Part shown: in pieces, positions 27,094-36,743 of the stretch
Layout: the number at the start of each line of letters is the position of its first letter
Position numbering within the stretch: the first letter of the stretch is position 1
Assembly (NCBI GenBank): GCA_964446625.1
Contig: CAYUPH010000001.1
Coordinates: forward strand, 70,283 to 134,282
Origin: an uncultured Candidatus Saccharibacteria bacterium
Lineage (GTDB): Bacteria > Patescibacteriota > Minisyncoccia > Phycocordibacterales > CAIRYW01
Reading direction: 5' to 3'
Length of the DNA: 64,000 nucleotides
Translations under genes and position numbers: made by a program
The notes under the pieces: generated by a model
The model's database searches: none
What the model was told of the DNA's origin: nothing
The model's input: the letters and a program-made list of their open reading frames with translations, nothing else

Positions 27094-27447
27094 ATGAACA
27101 CGATGTTATTCAGGCTCCTCGCAGGAGCATTGGTCCAAGCACCTGGTTCTCAGCCACAAGTTACTCAGCAAATCGTTGAGGACTCTCAACTCTTCTCGGC
27201 AGCTTCAAATCCTCGTCTTGAAAACGATTTTGAAGCATGGCTCGAAACTGGAGATCACCCGGCCAAAAACATCTTTTTGAGTCTCACAACCGAGGTGTTC
27301 ACACCCACAGTCACTACACACGGTGCCAAAGTCAGGGTCACCATCACCCTTCAGAAAAAAAGCAAGCAGGTAACTGAGCAACGGTTCAGTGGTCAAGCCG
27401 GCGACAATTGGAAGGAAAAGCGCCCGGTCCTAGCGACCAAAGCATAA
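27094..27447 (+). CDS. Relatively GC-rich orphan hypothetical protein
   Basis: Open frame MNTMLFRLLAG..., own terminator at 27452-27487. Confidence 0.6.
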   Translation: MNTMLFRLLAGALVQAPGSQPQVTQQIVEDSQLFSAASNPRLENDFEAWLETGDHPAKNIFLSLTTEVFTPTVTTHGAKVRVTITLQKKSKQVTEQRFSGQAGDNWKEKRPVLATKA

Positions 27448-27501
27448 CTACGGTCGCGCAACCTCTTTGAGGAAGCGCGACTTTTTTAATTTCAAAAAAA
27501 A

Positions 27502-28416
27502 CTATTTTTTATGAAACTTTTTATGAATTTCTCTGAGGTGCTGGTCTGTGACGTGTGTATACACCTGTGTAGTTGCAATATTTGAGTGTCCTAGGAGCAT
27601 TTGTACCGAACGGAGATCAGCGCCGTTGCGAAGGAGGTCTGTTGCAAAACAGTGTCGAATCACGTGAGGGGTTACTTTTTTTGATACACCTGCGATAATT
27701 GCAAATCTTTTTACAAGACGCTCGACAGAGCGGGGAGTAAGGCCTGAACCCTCTTTTTCACCTTTTTCTTTTCCAAGCTTTACAAAAAGCTCTCCTCCTA
27801 AATCTTTGCGCAGTTTTAAATAATCCTTTACGCAGGCTTTTGCGTCATCAGAGAGAAAGACAACGCGCACTTTCCCCCCTTTTCCTCGAATCGAGATTTC
27901 GTCGCGAGAAAAGTCCTCGTCACGAGAAAGGGAACAAAGCTCTGAAACACGAAGCCCTGTTGAAAAAAGAAGCTCTAGAATTGCTTTGCCTCGAGCTTTT
28001 GCAAGAGGGTCTTTTTCTTTGTTTGGTGCGTCAAAAAGTCTGCGTAGCTCCTCGGGGGAAATGAGGTCAATTTGTCTTTCGGGAACTTTTGCAAGCTCTA
28101 TATTTTCTGCAGGGAGGGAAGTGATGCTTCGTTTTGCTAAAAACTTAAGAAAAGCACGGAGCGCGATAAGATAGTAATTTTGTGTTTTGCGCTTTAGCGT
28201 GTCTGTACTGTTTCTTTTACCAGCACTTTGACGATTGAGCCAGAGTCTGAACTCCCGGACAGTTTCAGGGGTTATATCCTTTGGGTTTGTGAGCTTGGTA
28301 TGGGTTAAAAAAACAGTCAGGTAGTGGTCATAATTCTCCACAGTCTTTAGACTGCGCCCTTTTTCTATCTCGATATGCTCCAAGAATTGTCGTTTTAGCT
28401 CGTCTAAGGTGTACAT
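27502..28416 (-). CDS. XerC/XerD-type tyrosine recombinase
   Basis: STGLRVSE, GKGGK, HVIRH, LLGH..IATTQVY catalytic set; start at MYTLDEL. Confidence 0.93.
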   Translation of the reverse strand: MYTLDELKRQFLEHIEIEKGRSLKTVENYDHYLTVFLTHTKLTNPKDITPETVREFRLWLNRQSAGKRNSTDTLKRKTQNYYLIALRAFLKFLAKRSITSLPAENIELAKVPERQIDLISPEELRRLFDAPNKEKDPLAKARGKAILELLFSTGLRVSELCSLSRDEDFSRDEISIRGKGGKVRVVFLSDDAKACVKDYLKLRKDLGGELFVKLGKEKGEKEGSGLTPRSVERLVKRFAIIAGVSKKVTPHVIRHCFATDLLRNGADLRSVQMLLGHSNIATTQVYTHVTDQHLREIHKKFHKK

Positions 28417-28516
28417 AAGGAAATTATACCATGTCGCACAATAAAGTGTGGGTCTATAGCTGGGGAAATAGGAAAAGCTTGCGTTTTTAGCCTTTTTGTG
28501 ATAGCATACTCCCACA

Positions 28517-28792
28517 ATGCTTACAAAAACCAAAAAGACAAAAATCATAAAAGATACACAGGTTCACGACAAAGATACTGGTTCTCCAGAAGTGCAGATT
28601 TCTATTCTTACAAAAAGAATTGATGAGCTTTCAAGTCACCTAAAAACACACAAAAAAGATAACCACTCAAGACGAGGTCTCCTTCAGCTTGTTGCAAACA
28701 GACAAAGTCACATGAAATATCTTCAAAAGAAAGATGCAAAAAGATACGCGTCTCTTATGAAGAAGCTTGATCTCAAAAAGAAAGCGGCGTAA
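28517..28792 (+). CDS. rpsO: 30S ribosomal protein S15
   Basis: [20 protein letters not shown]. Confidence 0.97.
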   Translation: MLTKTKKTKIIKDTQVHDKDTGSPEVQISILTKRIDELSSHLKTHKKDNHSRRGLLQLVANRQSHMKYLQKKDAKRYASLMKKLDLKKKAA

Positions 28793-28886
28793 TACCCTGG
28801 TTTCACTTTTATTTTTATAATTTGTAAGCTTTTATAAGTTTTATTTTTTAATTTTGCAGGCACAGATGTGCCTGGCTAACCATTTT

Positions 28887-29519
28887 ATGTCAGTTATTAA
28901 ACACAAAGATCAAAGGGTAGGAGTTTTTATAGATACACAAAATCTCTACCATAGTGCAAAACACCTTTATAACGCAAGGGTAAATTTCGGAAATGTCGTT
29001 TCTGAAGCTCTCGCAGGGCGTCAGCTTATTCGAGCGATTGCGTATGTTATTACTACTGAAAGCGGGGAAGAGCGAGGTTTCTTCGACGCTCTCCGTGGTA
29101 TGGGTATTGAAACAAAAACAAAAAATCTTCAGATTTTCGCTGGAGGTGCAAAAAAGGCAGACTGGGACGTAGGACTTGCAGTTGATGCTATTAAAATTGC
29201 TCCAAAACTCGACGCAGTCATTATTGTCTCTGGAGACGGAGACTTCGCGCCACTTGTTGAGTACTTAAAGCTTAACCAAGGGTGCCAAGTAGAAGCTGTA
29301 TCGTTTGGAAAATCTTCTTCTTCTAAACTACGAGAAGTAGTAGACGACTTTATTGACCTTGACCAAGAACCTCAAAAATATTTACTCCTTCCTGGGGGAA
29401 ATAAGCCAGCTCCAAAAAGAGCTACGAAAGCAACCGGTTCTCCTGCAAACAGAAAACCTATTCAAAAAGGGAATCCTGGGGAACTTTCGCCTGATCTGAA
29501 GGCGATGCTAGGGGAGTAA
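28887..29519 (+). CDS. NYN-domain (LabA/DUF88) protein
   Basis: FIDTQNLY, KADWDVGLAVD, SGDGDF. Confidence 0.9.
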   Translation: MSVIKHKDQRVGVFIDTQNLYHSAKHLYNARVNFGNVVSEALAGRQLIRAIAYVITTESGEERGFFDALRGMGIETKTKNLQIFAGGAKKADWDVGLAVDAIKIAPKLDAVIIVSGDGDFAPLVEYLKLNQGCQVEAVSFGKSSSSKLREVVDDFIDLDQEPQKYLLLPGGNKPAPKRATKATGSPANRKPIQKGNPGELSPDLKAMLGE

Positions 29520-29644
29520 GAAGAGTGAAAAAGAGTTTGCCGCGCCCCTTTCTTTTGGAGGCGCGGCATTTCTTGTTTTATTTTTCTTCGCCAAAGAGCT
29601 TGAGAAAAACGCGAAAATATTGTATATTTTCGATATTAAAAGAT

Positions 29645-29702
29645 GCAATTTCTACATATAGGTTTGAAGAGCACCTCTTCAAATTTAGATTGTGGAAATT
29701 GC
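29645..29702 (+). promoter_or_regulatory. Long hairpin in the pnp 5' leader
   Basis: GCAATTTCTACA..AGGTTTGAAGAG-CAC-CTCTTCAAATTT..TGTGGAAATTGC; G-U pairs fall on the sense strand. Confidence 0.7.
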
Positions 29703-29718
29703 TTAATAGATTTTAAGT

Positions 29719-31818
29719 ATGCATACAAAAGAATATTCTGTGGATGTAGCAGGTTTTCCTCTTACAGCCACATTTACTGACCTTGCTGATCAAGCGCACG
29801 GGTCTGTGATCCTCTCTTATAGAGACACAACACTCCTTGCAACAGCAGTCATGGGAAAGAAAGACAAGGATAGTGATTTCTTTCCTCTCACAGTTGACCT
29901 GGAAGAGCGGTTTTACGCGGCAGGAAAAATACTTGGTTCACAATTTATCCGACGAGAAGGAAGACCATCAGACGAAGCAATCCTCGCAGGGCGAGTTGTA
30001 GACCGAACCATTAGACCTCTTTTTGATCAGAGAATTCGAAGAGACATACAAGTAGTGGTAACAACTCTTTCTCTTGGAGACGCTGAACCTGACACACTTG
30101 GAGTTATTGCTGCCTCTCTTGCACTCTCGACTTCAAATATTCCATGGAACGGACCAGTCTCAGGAGTTCACATTGGAGAAATTGGAGGTAACCTCGTTGT
30201 TAATCCCTCTTTTGAAGATGTAAAAGCAAATCCATTTGTGTTTGATGTCACAGTCTGTGGTAAGGACGGAAACATCAACATGATTGAAACTGCAGGAAAA
30301 GAAATCTCAAACGAAAAGGCAGGGGCTGCGTTTGATAAAGCGGTAGAAGAAATTGAGAAAATCCAAGCATGGCAAAAGAAGATTATTTCTGAAATTGGAA
30401 AAACAAAAACTGTGTTTGAATTTGCAAAAGCTCCCGAAAAAATGGAAGCTCTCTTTGCAGAAAAAATTGAACCAAAGTTTTACGACGCAGTTTTCTCTGG
30501 TGCTGGAAAGGAGGGTGCAAACAAACTTATGGACGAGTGGGTTTCTGTTTTCTCTGAAGCTTACCCAGAAGACAAAGCATCATTTGCAGTAGAGTACTTT
30601 GAAGAGAAAGTAAATGACCTCATCCACAAAGAAGCAATCGAAAAAGGAAAGCGTCCTGACGGTAGAGGAGTAGACGAAGTAAGACCACTCTTTGCAAAAG
30701 CAGGTGGAATTTCAAAAGTGCTTCATGGATCTGGAATTTTCTACCGAGGAGGAACGCACGTATTTTCTGCTGTGACACTTGGTGCTCCTGGAGACGCACA
30801 AACAATTGAAACAATTAAAACAAGTGGAGACAAAAGATTTATGCACCACTACAACTTCCCACCGTATTCAACTGGAGAACCAGGACGAATGGGAGGACTT
30901 AATCGAAGAATGGTAGGGCACGGATACCTGGCAGAAAAATCTCTTGCGCAAGTTATCCCAGGTAAAGAACAGTTTCCTTACACTATCCGAGTTGTTTCAG
31001 AATCAACAGCGTCAAACGGAAGTACATCGATGGGATCAGTGTGTGCAGGTACAATTGCACTCATGGATGCAGGAGTTCCAATTAGCGCTCCAGTTGCAGG
31101 AATTGCTTCAGGGCTCATGATGGAAACACCAGAAAAGTATGCACTGATTACCGATATTCAAGGACCAGAGGACCACCACGGAGACATGGACTTCAAAGTT
31201 GCAGGAACACGAAAAGGAATCACAGGAATTCAGATGGATATTAAAGTAGATGGAATTCCAGTTAAGATTCTAAAAGAAGCTCTTCTTAAAGCAGAAAAAG
31301 CGCGACTTCAAATTCTAGATGTGATTGAAAAAGAAATCGGAGCACCTCGAGCTGATATTTCTCCACGAGCTCCAAAAATTCTTTCAACAAAAATCAAAGT
31401 TGATCAAATTGGACTTGTGATTGGTACAGGAGGAAAGACTATAAAAGAAATTATGGAGAAGACGGGTGCACAAATTGATATTGATGATGATGGAACAGTC
31501 TTCTTTACAGGAACAAACGGAAGCGCAGACGAAGCAAAGAAAATTGTCGAAGACATGACTCGAGAGATAAAAATGGGAGAGAGATTTGATGGAGTCATCA
31601 CAAAAGTAGTTGAGTTTGGCGCATTCGTAAAACTTGCAGGACAAACTGAAGGACTTGTACATGTGTCAGAAATCGCTCCATTTAGAGTTGATCGAGTAAC
31701 TGATTATCTACACGAAGGAGATACAGTACCCGTTGTTGTTAAAGGAGTTGATGAAAGAGGAAAGATTAGTCTTTCAATCAAGCAAGTTGCTCCGGAGATG
31801 TTTCAGAAGAAAGGGTAA
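29719..31818 (+). CDS. pnp: Polyribonucleotide nucleotidyltransferase
   Basis: FFPLTVD, RREGRP, HHYNFPPYS, SNGSTSMGS, GDMDFKVAGT, KH and S1 domains. Confidence 0.97.
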   Translation: MHTKEYSVDVAGFPLTATFTDLADQAHGSVILSYRDTTLLATAVMGKKDKDSDFFPLTVDLEERFYAAGKILGSQFIRREGRPSDEAILAGRVVDRTIRPLFDQRIRRDIQVVVTTLSLGDAEPDTLGVIAASLALSTSNIPWNGPVSGVHIGEIGGNLVVNPSFEDVKANPFVFDVTVCGKDGNINMIETAGKEISNEKAGAAFDKAVEEIEKIQAWQKKIISEIGKTKTVFEFAKAPEKMEALFAEKIEPKFYDAVFSGAGKEGANKLMDEWVSVFSEAYPEDKASFAVEYFEEKVNDLIHKEAIEKGKRPDGRGVDEVRPLFAKAGGISKVLHGSGIFYRGGTHVFSAVTLGAPGDAQTIETIKTSGDKRFMHHYNFPPYSTGEPGRMGGLNRRMVGHGYLAEKSLAQVIPGKEQFPYTIRVVSESTASNGSTSMGSVCAGTIALMDAGVPISAPVAGIASGLMMETPEKYALITDIQGPEDHHGDMDFKVAGTRKGITGIQMDIKVDGIPVKILKEALLKAEKARLQILDVIEKEIGAPRADISPRAPKILSTKIKVDQIGLVIGTGGKTIKEIMEKTGAQIDIDDDGTVFFTGTNGSADEAKKIVEDMTREIKMGERFDGVITKVVEFGAFVKLAGQTEGLVHVSEIAPFRVDRVTDYLHEGDTVPVVVKGVDERGKISLSIKQVAPEMFQKKG

Positions 31819-31822
31819 GATA

Positions 31823-31905
31823 GAATTACGATTTAGGAATTAAGAATTAAGAACCAAAGAAACACGCGGCACCCGGAGGGCGCCGCGTGTTTTGGTATAT
31901 AAAAA
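31823..31905 (+). repeat. Cassette delimiter copy 1: GAATTAR heptamers plus GC hairpin (pnp terminator)
   Basis: Five degenerate heptamers, then AACACGCGGCACCC-GGA-GGGCGCCGCGTGTT, then GTATATAAAAA. Confidence 0.8.
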
Positions 31906-31942
31906 CCCCGCAGAACAAAATATTCTGCGGGCAAAAAGCACA

Positions 31943-32215
31943 CTAATGAAACACATACAGGGGATAAGAAGATGTCCAGACAAAGACCCAGATATGAGAT
32001 GAGGCCAAGGCTCGAAGATTCGAAGAGAGTGTGTGAATATTTACCGCGCCACCCGAATCTCCCAGATAAGACCTGCAAGCAATTTCAAAATCGTCAACCT
32101 CCTGATCTCTCCCAATGGCAAAGTAAAAAAACTCCACACGAAACTTGGACGGACCAATAGGTCCCGTGTGAAGAAACATTCTCTGCCACTGTCTTTTCCA
32201 TTTTTTGCACACCAT
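31943..32215 (-). CDS. Possible small orphan protein
   Basis: 90-aa frame from MVCKKW, ending just before a minus-strand terminator (CCCGCAGAA..TTCTGCGGG). Confidence 0.4.
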   Translation of the reverse strand: MVCKKWKRQWQRMFLHTGPIGPSKFRVEFFYFAIGRDQEVDDFEIACRSYLGDSGGAVNIHTLSSNLRALASSHIWVFVWTSSYPLYVFH

Positions 32216-32347
32216 ACTTATCAATAGATAGCTAAAGAATTTCATTTTAATTTTAGCAAAGTTTAAGGAACACAAACCTACAAACCAACGACACTCGTCG
32301 CGAGTTTGAAAAGTTCCACTTGTTAAGCACAAGTGGGAAAGCTTATG

Positions 32348-32686
32348 TTACCAACCAGCACCACAGATACGCGGGGAAGAAGGACTAGGATTGTAAAATT
32401 CATACGTCCTCACAAAAGAATATCCTTTCAATTTTATTGAATTGATAATTTTCTCTTTTTTTTCTGTATCTCTCCACACAAGACGGAGAGTGCGGATCAG
32501 TTTTTTCAAATTATCTAGCTCCTTGATACGCCCAACAAAATACACCTTAATCGTAGTGGAATAATAAGGAGATGGAACACAATGAATAGTGAATTTATCA
32601 ATTCTTTTATATTCCATACCTCTAAACCAACCGGTGCAATACCGCCAGATAAACAAAATCAGGAAGAAAATTCTAAGTACGCCCAT
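32348..32686 (-). CDS. Orphan hypothetical protein, divergent from TrmB paralog 2
   Basis: 112 aa with a hydrophobic N-terminus. Confidence 0.55.
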   Translation of the reverse strand: MGVLRIFFLILFIWRYCTGWFRGMEYKRIDKFTIHCVPSPYYSTTIKVYFVGRIKELDNLKKLIRTLRLVWRDTEKKEKIINSIKLKGYSFVRTYEFYNPSPSSPRICGAGW

Positions 32687-32909
32687 AACACAAAAGGTGT
32701 CTCACCTTATCCAGATTGTTATGCCGGGATCGCATGTCAAAAAACAGGAAGTTCTTGAACTGTGAGTATTAAACAATGTAGATGAAGTATTGTCTATATT
32801 AGTTTACAATATAATTTATAAATATGTTCATAAATAAGAGTAAAATTGTTATTTATTAATATTGTGGAAAATAATTGACACAAAAGATAAAATTTGATAG
32901 GTTTAATTT

Positions 32910-33707
32910 ATGCAAAATAAAGAGGAAAATAGAGGCGGTAATTTTCAAAACGCTTTGAAAAATATAGGCTTAAACCAAAAAGAATCAGATGTATATTTTT
33001 CACTTCTCACAATTGGTTCCGGTACAGTGAGTGAAATTGCAAAAAAAGCTGGTATCAATAGGACAACGGGCTATGATATCCTCTCAAGCCTTTCAAACAA
33101 AGGACTTGTTGTTATTTCTGGCAAAGAACCAAAACAAGAATATAGGTGCGAAAATCCTGATAAGATTCTTAAATTTCTAAAACGAGATATCGAAAAAAGA
33201 CAAGAAGACTATCGATACGCAGAAATCATTTTACCTGAACTTAAATCAATATATAAAACAAAAGCTCGTCCGCAAGTAAAATTTTATGAAGGAAAAGAAG
33301 GTTTAGAAGAGGTATACGAGGACACCCTCACAGCAACAGAACCAATTCGAGCATACGCGACAGTTGATGATATGCATAATGCGCTGCCAAATTATTTTCC
33401 AAAATACTACAAAAGGAGAGCAAGCAAAGGGATTGCGATTAGGGCAATAATTCCAAAAACAGAAATAGGAGAAGAAAGAGGGGAAAAGGATAAGTTAGAA
33501 AAAAGAGAAACCGCTTTTGTACCGCCAGACAAGTATTACTTTTCTCCTGAAATAAATATCTATGACAATAAAGTCATGATCGCCTCGTGGAGGGAAAAGC
33601 TGGGAATCATTATTGAAAGTGAGGAGATTGCGGACGCAATGAAAAAAATATTTGAGTTGTCGTGGGATAGAGCAAAGGAGCTAGATAAAGAACTGAGAAA
33701 AAATTAG
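32910..33707 (+). CDS. TrmB-family transcriptional regulator (paralog 2)
   Basis: GLNQKESDVYFSLL...INRTTGYDIL..L..KGLV, RPQVKFYEG. Confidence 0.88.
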   Translation: MQNKEENRGGNFQNALKNIGLNQKESDVYFSLLTIGSGTVSEIAKKAGINRTTGYDILSSLSNKGLVVISGKEPKQEYRCENPDKILKFLKRDIEKRQEDYRYAEIILPELKSIYKTKARPQVKFYEGKEGLEEVYEDTLTATEPIRAYATVDDMHNALPNYFPKYYKRRASKGIAIRAIIPKTEIGEERGEKDKLEKRETAFVPPDKYYFSPEINIYDNKVMIASWREKLGIIIESEEIADAMKKIFELSWDRAKELDKELRKN

Positions 33708-33805
33708 AATTAGGAATTATGGAGAGGGAATTAGGATTTAAGAATTAGGAATCAAAACAACACGCGGCGCCCTTTGGGCGCCGCGTGTTGTTGTATATAA
33801 AAAAA
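33707..33805 (+). repeat. Cassette delimiter copy 2
   Basis: Seven in-phase heptamers (33707-33755), AACACGCGGCGCCC-TTT-GGGCGCCGCGTGTT, GTATATAAAAA. Confidence 0.8.
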
Positions 33806-33842
33806 ATCCCCCACAAGACCGAAGTCTTGTGGGGGGAAGGAT

Positions 33843-34151
33843 TTATACAGTGGATGAATCGGGGGTCTTGCCGAACCACTTCCAAATCTGATACCTTAAC
33901 AATTTGACCCACATAGCAAATAACAAAACTTTTTGAATTATAGACCTGAGCAGAATCAAATTATGGATTTTGAAATACTCCTCAGGGTCTTCACCCAAAA
34001 TTCTTGAGTGCACAATACCGATTGCAGCCAAGGCTGCATACAAAAAGAACCCGCCATAAAAGAAGCGATCAACCCATACAGGTTTCTTGATTGCAAACCT
34101 AATAGCTATAAAAGTTGCCAACGCGAAAAGAAATAGTATGAAGTGAGTCAT
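33843..34151 (-). CDS. Small orphan membrane protein (about 3 TM), divergent from TrmB paralog 3
   Basis: 102 aa, three hydrophobic segments, own terminator CCCCCACAAGAC-CGAA-GTCTTGTGGGGG. Confidence 0.65.
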   Translation of the reverse strand: MTHFILFLFALATFIAIRFAIKKPVWVDRFFYGGFFLYAALAAIGIVHSRILGEDPEEYFKIHNLILLRSIIQKVLLFAMWVKLLRYQIWKWFGKTPDSSTV

Positions 34152-34351
34152 GTGGTGTAGTTTGGTTTAGTTTCGTCAACGAGCAAGGTACCCATTGAAC
34201 TTTCTGTATTAAACAGCGATGTTTGCAATATGTATATAATTGTCAATATTAAACATACTAAAACATATTGATAAATAAGCACTAATTTAGTATTTATATA
34301 TATTTGTGTCTTTTTTTTGACACAAATACCCCTATTTGTTAGCATAAAAAC

Positions 34352-35152
34352 ATGAAGGAAAAAGAGAGAAATCAAAGCGGGACATTTCAAAACGCCTTTC
34401 AGAGACTAGGGCTGACAAGGAAGGAGTCTGATGTATATTTTGCCTTTTTATCCATGGGAGTTGGTAAAGTAAGTGATATAGCAAAGAAAGCGGGGATAAA
34501 TAGAACCAATGCCTATGACATACTAGCCAACCTCTCAAAGAAAGGACTTGTGAGTATTTCTGGTAAGGAACCTAAACAGGAGTACCGATGCGAAAATCCA
34601 GAAAGTTTTTTAAAATTTTTAAAAAACGAAGCAGAAAAAAAGCAGGAAGATTATAGATATGCCGAACTCTTGCTCCCAGAATTAAAATCATTGTATAAGA
34701 CAGGGACTAGACCTCAAGTTAAATTCTATGAAGGTATTGAGGGTTTGAAGCAGGTTTATGAAGATACTTTAACAGCGTCGGGACCATTTGTTGCTATGGC
34801 TTCATACGAAGATATGCACAAAACACTAGGAAGCTACTTCCCTCAATACTATCGTAGGAGAGCAGCAAAAGGTCTTTTCGTGCGCGGTATAGTTCCGAGT
34901 ACACCACTATCTGCAGAAAGAGAGAGAATGAATAAATTTGAAGCGCGTGAGCTCGCACAAGTACCAAAAGAACTCTTTGACATATCACCTGACATTGAGA
35001 TTTATGACAACAAAGTTATGATCGCATCCTGGAGAGAGAAACTGGGAATTATAATCGAAAGTGAGGAGATCGCCGATGCGATGAAAAAACTTTTTGAGCT
35101 TGCTTGGAAAGAGGCGAAAAGGTTGGATAAGGAATTGAGGAAAAAGAATTAG
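34352..35152 (+). CDS. TrmB-family transcriptional regulator (paralog 3)
   Basis: Shares long identical stretches with paralog 2 (ISGKEPKQEYRCENP; IYDNKVMIASWREKLGIIIESEEIADAMKK). Confidence 0.88.
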   Translation: MKEKERNQSGTFQNAFQRLGLTRKESDVYFAFLSMGVGKVSDIAKKAGINRTNAYDILANLSKKGLVSISGKEPKQEYRCENPESFLKFLKNEAEKKQEDYRYAELLLPELKSLYKTGTRPQVKFYEGIEGLKQVYEDTLTASGPFVAMASYEDMHKTLGSYFPQYYRRRAAKGLFVRGIVPSTPLSAERERMNKFEARELAQVPKELFDISPDIEIYDNKVMIASWREKLGIIIESEEIADAMKKLFELAWKEAKRLDKELRKKN

Positions 35153-35195
35153 GAATCCAAACAACACGCGGCGCCCGAAGGGCGCCGCGTGTTTT
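35146..35195 (+). repeat. Cassette delimiter copy 3
   Basis: GAATTAG GAATCCA, then AACACGCGGCGCCC-GAA-GGGCGCCGCGTGTT. Confidence 0.8.
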
Positions 35196-35290
35196 ATTTG
35201 TAGGTCGATTATGGATTATTTGCTAAAATAAAGTGGCAGAGAAGAACGATAAACTCCTATATGCAGTAACACACCTTCTCATTATTTAAA

Positions 35291-36325
35291 ATGGATAGGG
35301 AAGAATTTTTAGAAAAAGCACGAAAAGCAAACGAGGAAATGGCGTCCAAAGCCAAGCTTTCTGATCTTGCAAATCCAAACTCTATTATTTATGGGCGTGA
35401 GGGATTAAAAACCGCACCGAGCGAAGTTCCAAAGTATGAAGCTCCAAAAGAAAGACCAACCGTTGATGCAGAAGGTCTCCCAATACTTGAACGAGTTCAC
35501 ACATTTGCAGAAGATATTCAGGACGCAGTAGCTGACAGAGGGCTCAGTATGAGTAAAATTGCTCTAGAAGAAGGAAAAGCCGCCGCGGAAAGACCAGAAG
35601 AAACAAAACCTCCTTTTCCTTGGAAAAAAGTTCTCATGTTTACACTCATTATTCTTTTTGTTTTAGCCGGGGGTGCAGCAGGAATTTACTCGTATTTAAA
35701 GAAAAAGGAAGAAGAAAAAAAGCTTACTCCTGTTCAGGTGGAACCTATAAGAAAAGAGTTTATAGAAGCACGCGAGTTTGCAGATGTTACACCAAGAAGA
35801 ATGGAAAAAAGATTTCTTCTTGAGGGAATTGAAAAAGAACTGGAAAAAAGCTCACGAATTGATTCGCTTCGAAGAATAAATCTAAAAGATGAAAATGGAG
35901 TGAATTTTGATTTGAAGACTTTACTTACATCACTTGAAGCAGAGCCACCTGAGGCTTTCCTTCGATCACTAAGCAGTACTTTTTATTTGTATATTTATCG
36001 AAGCACATCGTACCAGGAACCAGTGCTAATTCTCTTCTCTTCTAGTTTTGATGCGGCATACCCTGGAATGCTTGAGTGGGAAAGTTACTTACCTTTTGAT
36101 ATGGAAGGACTCTATGGCTTTCTTCCTAAGACAGCTACAACGACCGAAAGAGTTTTTAAAGACAGAATTATTGAAAACAAAGATGTGCGAGTGTTATATA
36201 ACGATGATGGGACATTTAAATTCTTTTATTCAATTGTAGAAAACAGAATGATTATATTTGCGCGGTCTCAAAGCGCATTTGAAGAGGTCTTGAAAAGAAT
36301 TCGTGAAGCCAAGCTTATACAATAA
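35291..36325 (+). CDS. Single-pass membrane protein, unknown function
   Basis: 344 aa with a central TM (VLMFTLIILFVLAGGAAGIY). Confidence 0.75.
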   Translation: MDREEFLEKARKANEEMASKAKLSDLANPNSIIYGREGLKTAPSEVPKYEAPKERPTVDAEGLPILERVHTFAEDIQDAVADRGLSMSKIALEEGKAAAERPEETKPPFPWKKVLMFTLIILFVLAGGAAGIYSYLKKKEEEKKLTPVQVEPIRKEFIEAREFADVTPRRMEKRFLLEGIEKELEKSSRIDSLRRINLKDENGVNFDLKTLLTSLEAEPPEAFLRSLSSTFYLYIYRSTSYQEPVLILFSSSFDAAYPGMLEWESYLPFDMEGLYGFLPKTATTTERVFKDRIIENKDVRVLYNDDGTFKFFYSIVENRMIIFARSQSAFEEVLKRIREAKLIQ

Positions 36326-36381
36326 GAATTTAATCTTTGCTGTGATATAATTTTTTTGTTAGAAGCTAACGGAAAAAATAT

Positions 36382-36738
36382 ATGGCAAAAGATACGAAAC
36401 TGCAGAAGGAAGTTCTTCAAAAGGAGCTAAGTGAGCTGGAAAATGAAATCAAAAATATTGCAAGCATTAACCCAAGCAATCCTCTCGACTGGGAACCTAA
36501 AGCACCTGATCTAAACAACAGTGAAGCTGACCGAAATGAAGTAGCAGACAGACTTGAAGGATTTAAAACAGACAACGCAATCGAAGAGCAACTCGAAATC
36601 AGAATCCAAGAAATTAGAGAAGCGCTTCAGAGTATTGAAGAAGGAACCTATGGAAAGTGTAGCGTTTGTGGAGAGGATATAGAGGAAGATAGACTTGAAG
36701 CAAATCCCGCAGCAAAGACTTGTAAAGCACACATGTAA
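36382..36738 (+). CDS. DksA/TraR-family zinc-finger protein
   Basis: Coiled coil, GTYGKCSVCG..I...RLEANPAAKTCKAH (fourth ligand His). Confidence 0.88.
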   Translation: MAKDTKLQKEVLQKELSELENEIKNIASINPSNPLDWEPKAPDLNNSEADRNEVADRLEGFKTDNAIEEQLEIRIQEIREALQSIEEGTYGKCSVCGEDIEEDRLEANPAAKTCKAHM

Positions 36739-36743
36739 AAGAT

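Noticed and set aside
27502-28416. Tyrosine recombinase as a prophage or integron integrase
   Set aside because: Size and motifs fit housekeeping XerC/D beside rpsO; no IntI-specific insertion, phage genes or flanking att sites were seen.
31823-35195. Three palindromic repeats as a CRISPR array
   Set aside because: Spacing is 1.4-1.9 kb with genes in between, and no cas genes are present.
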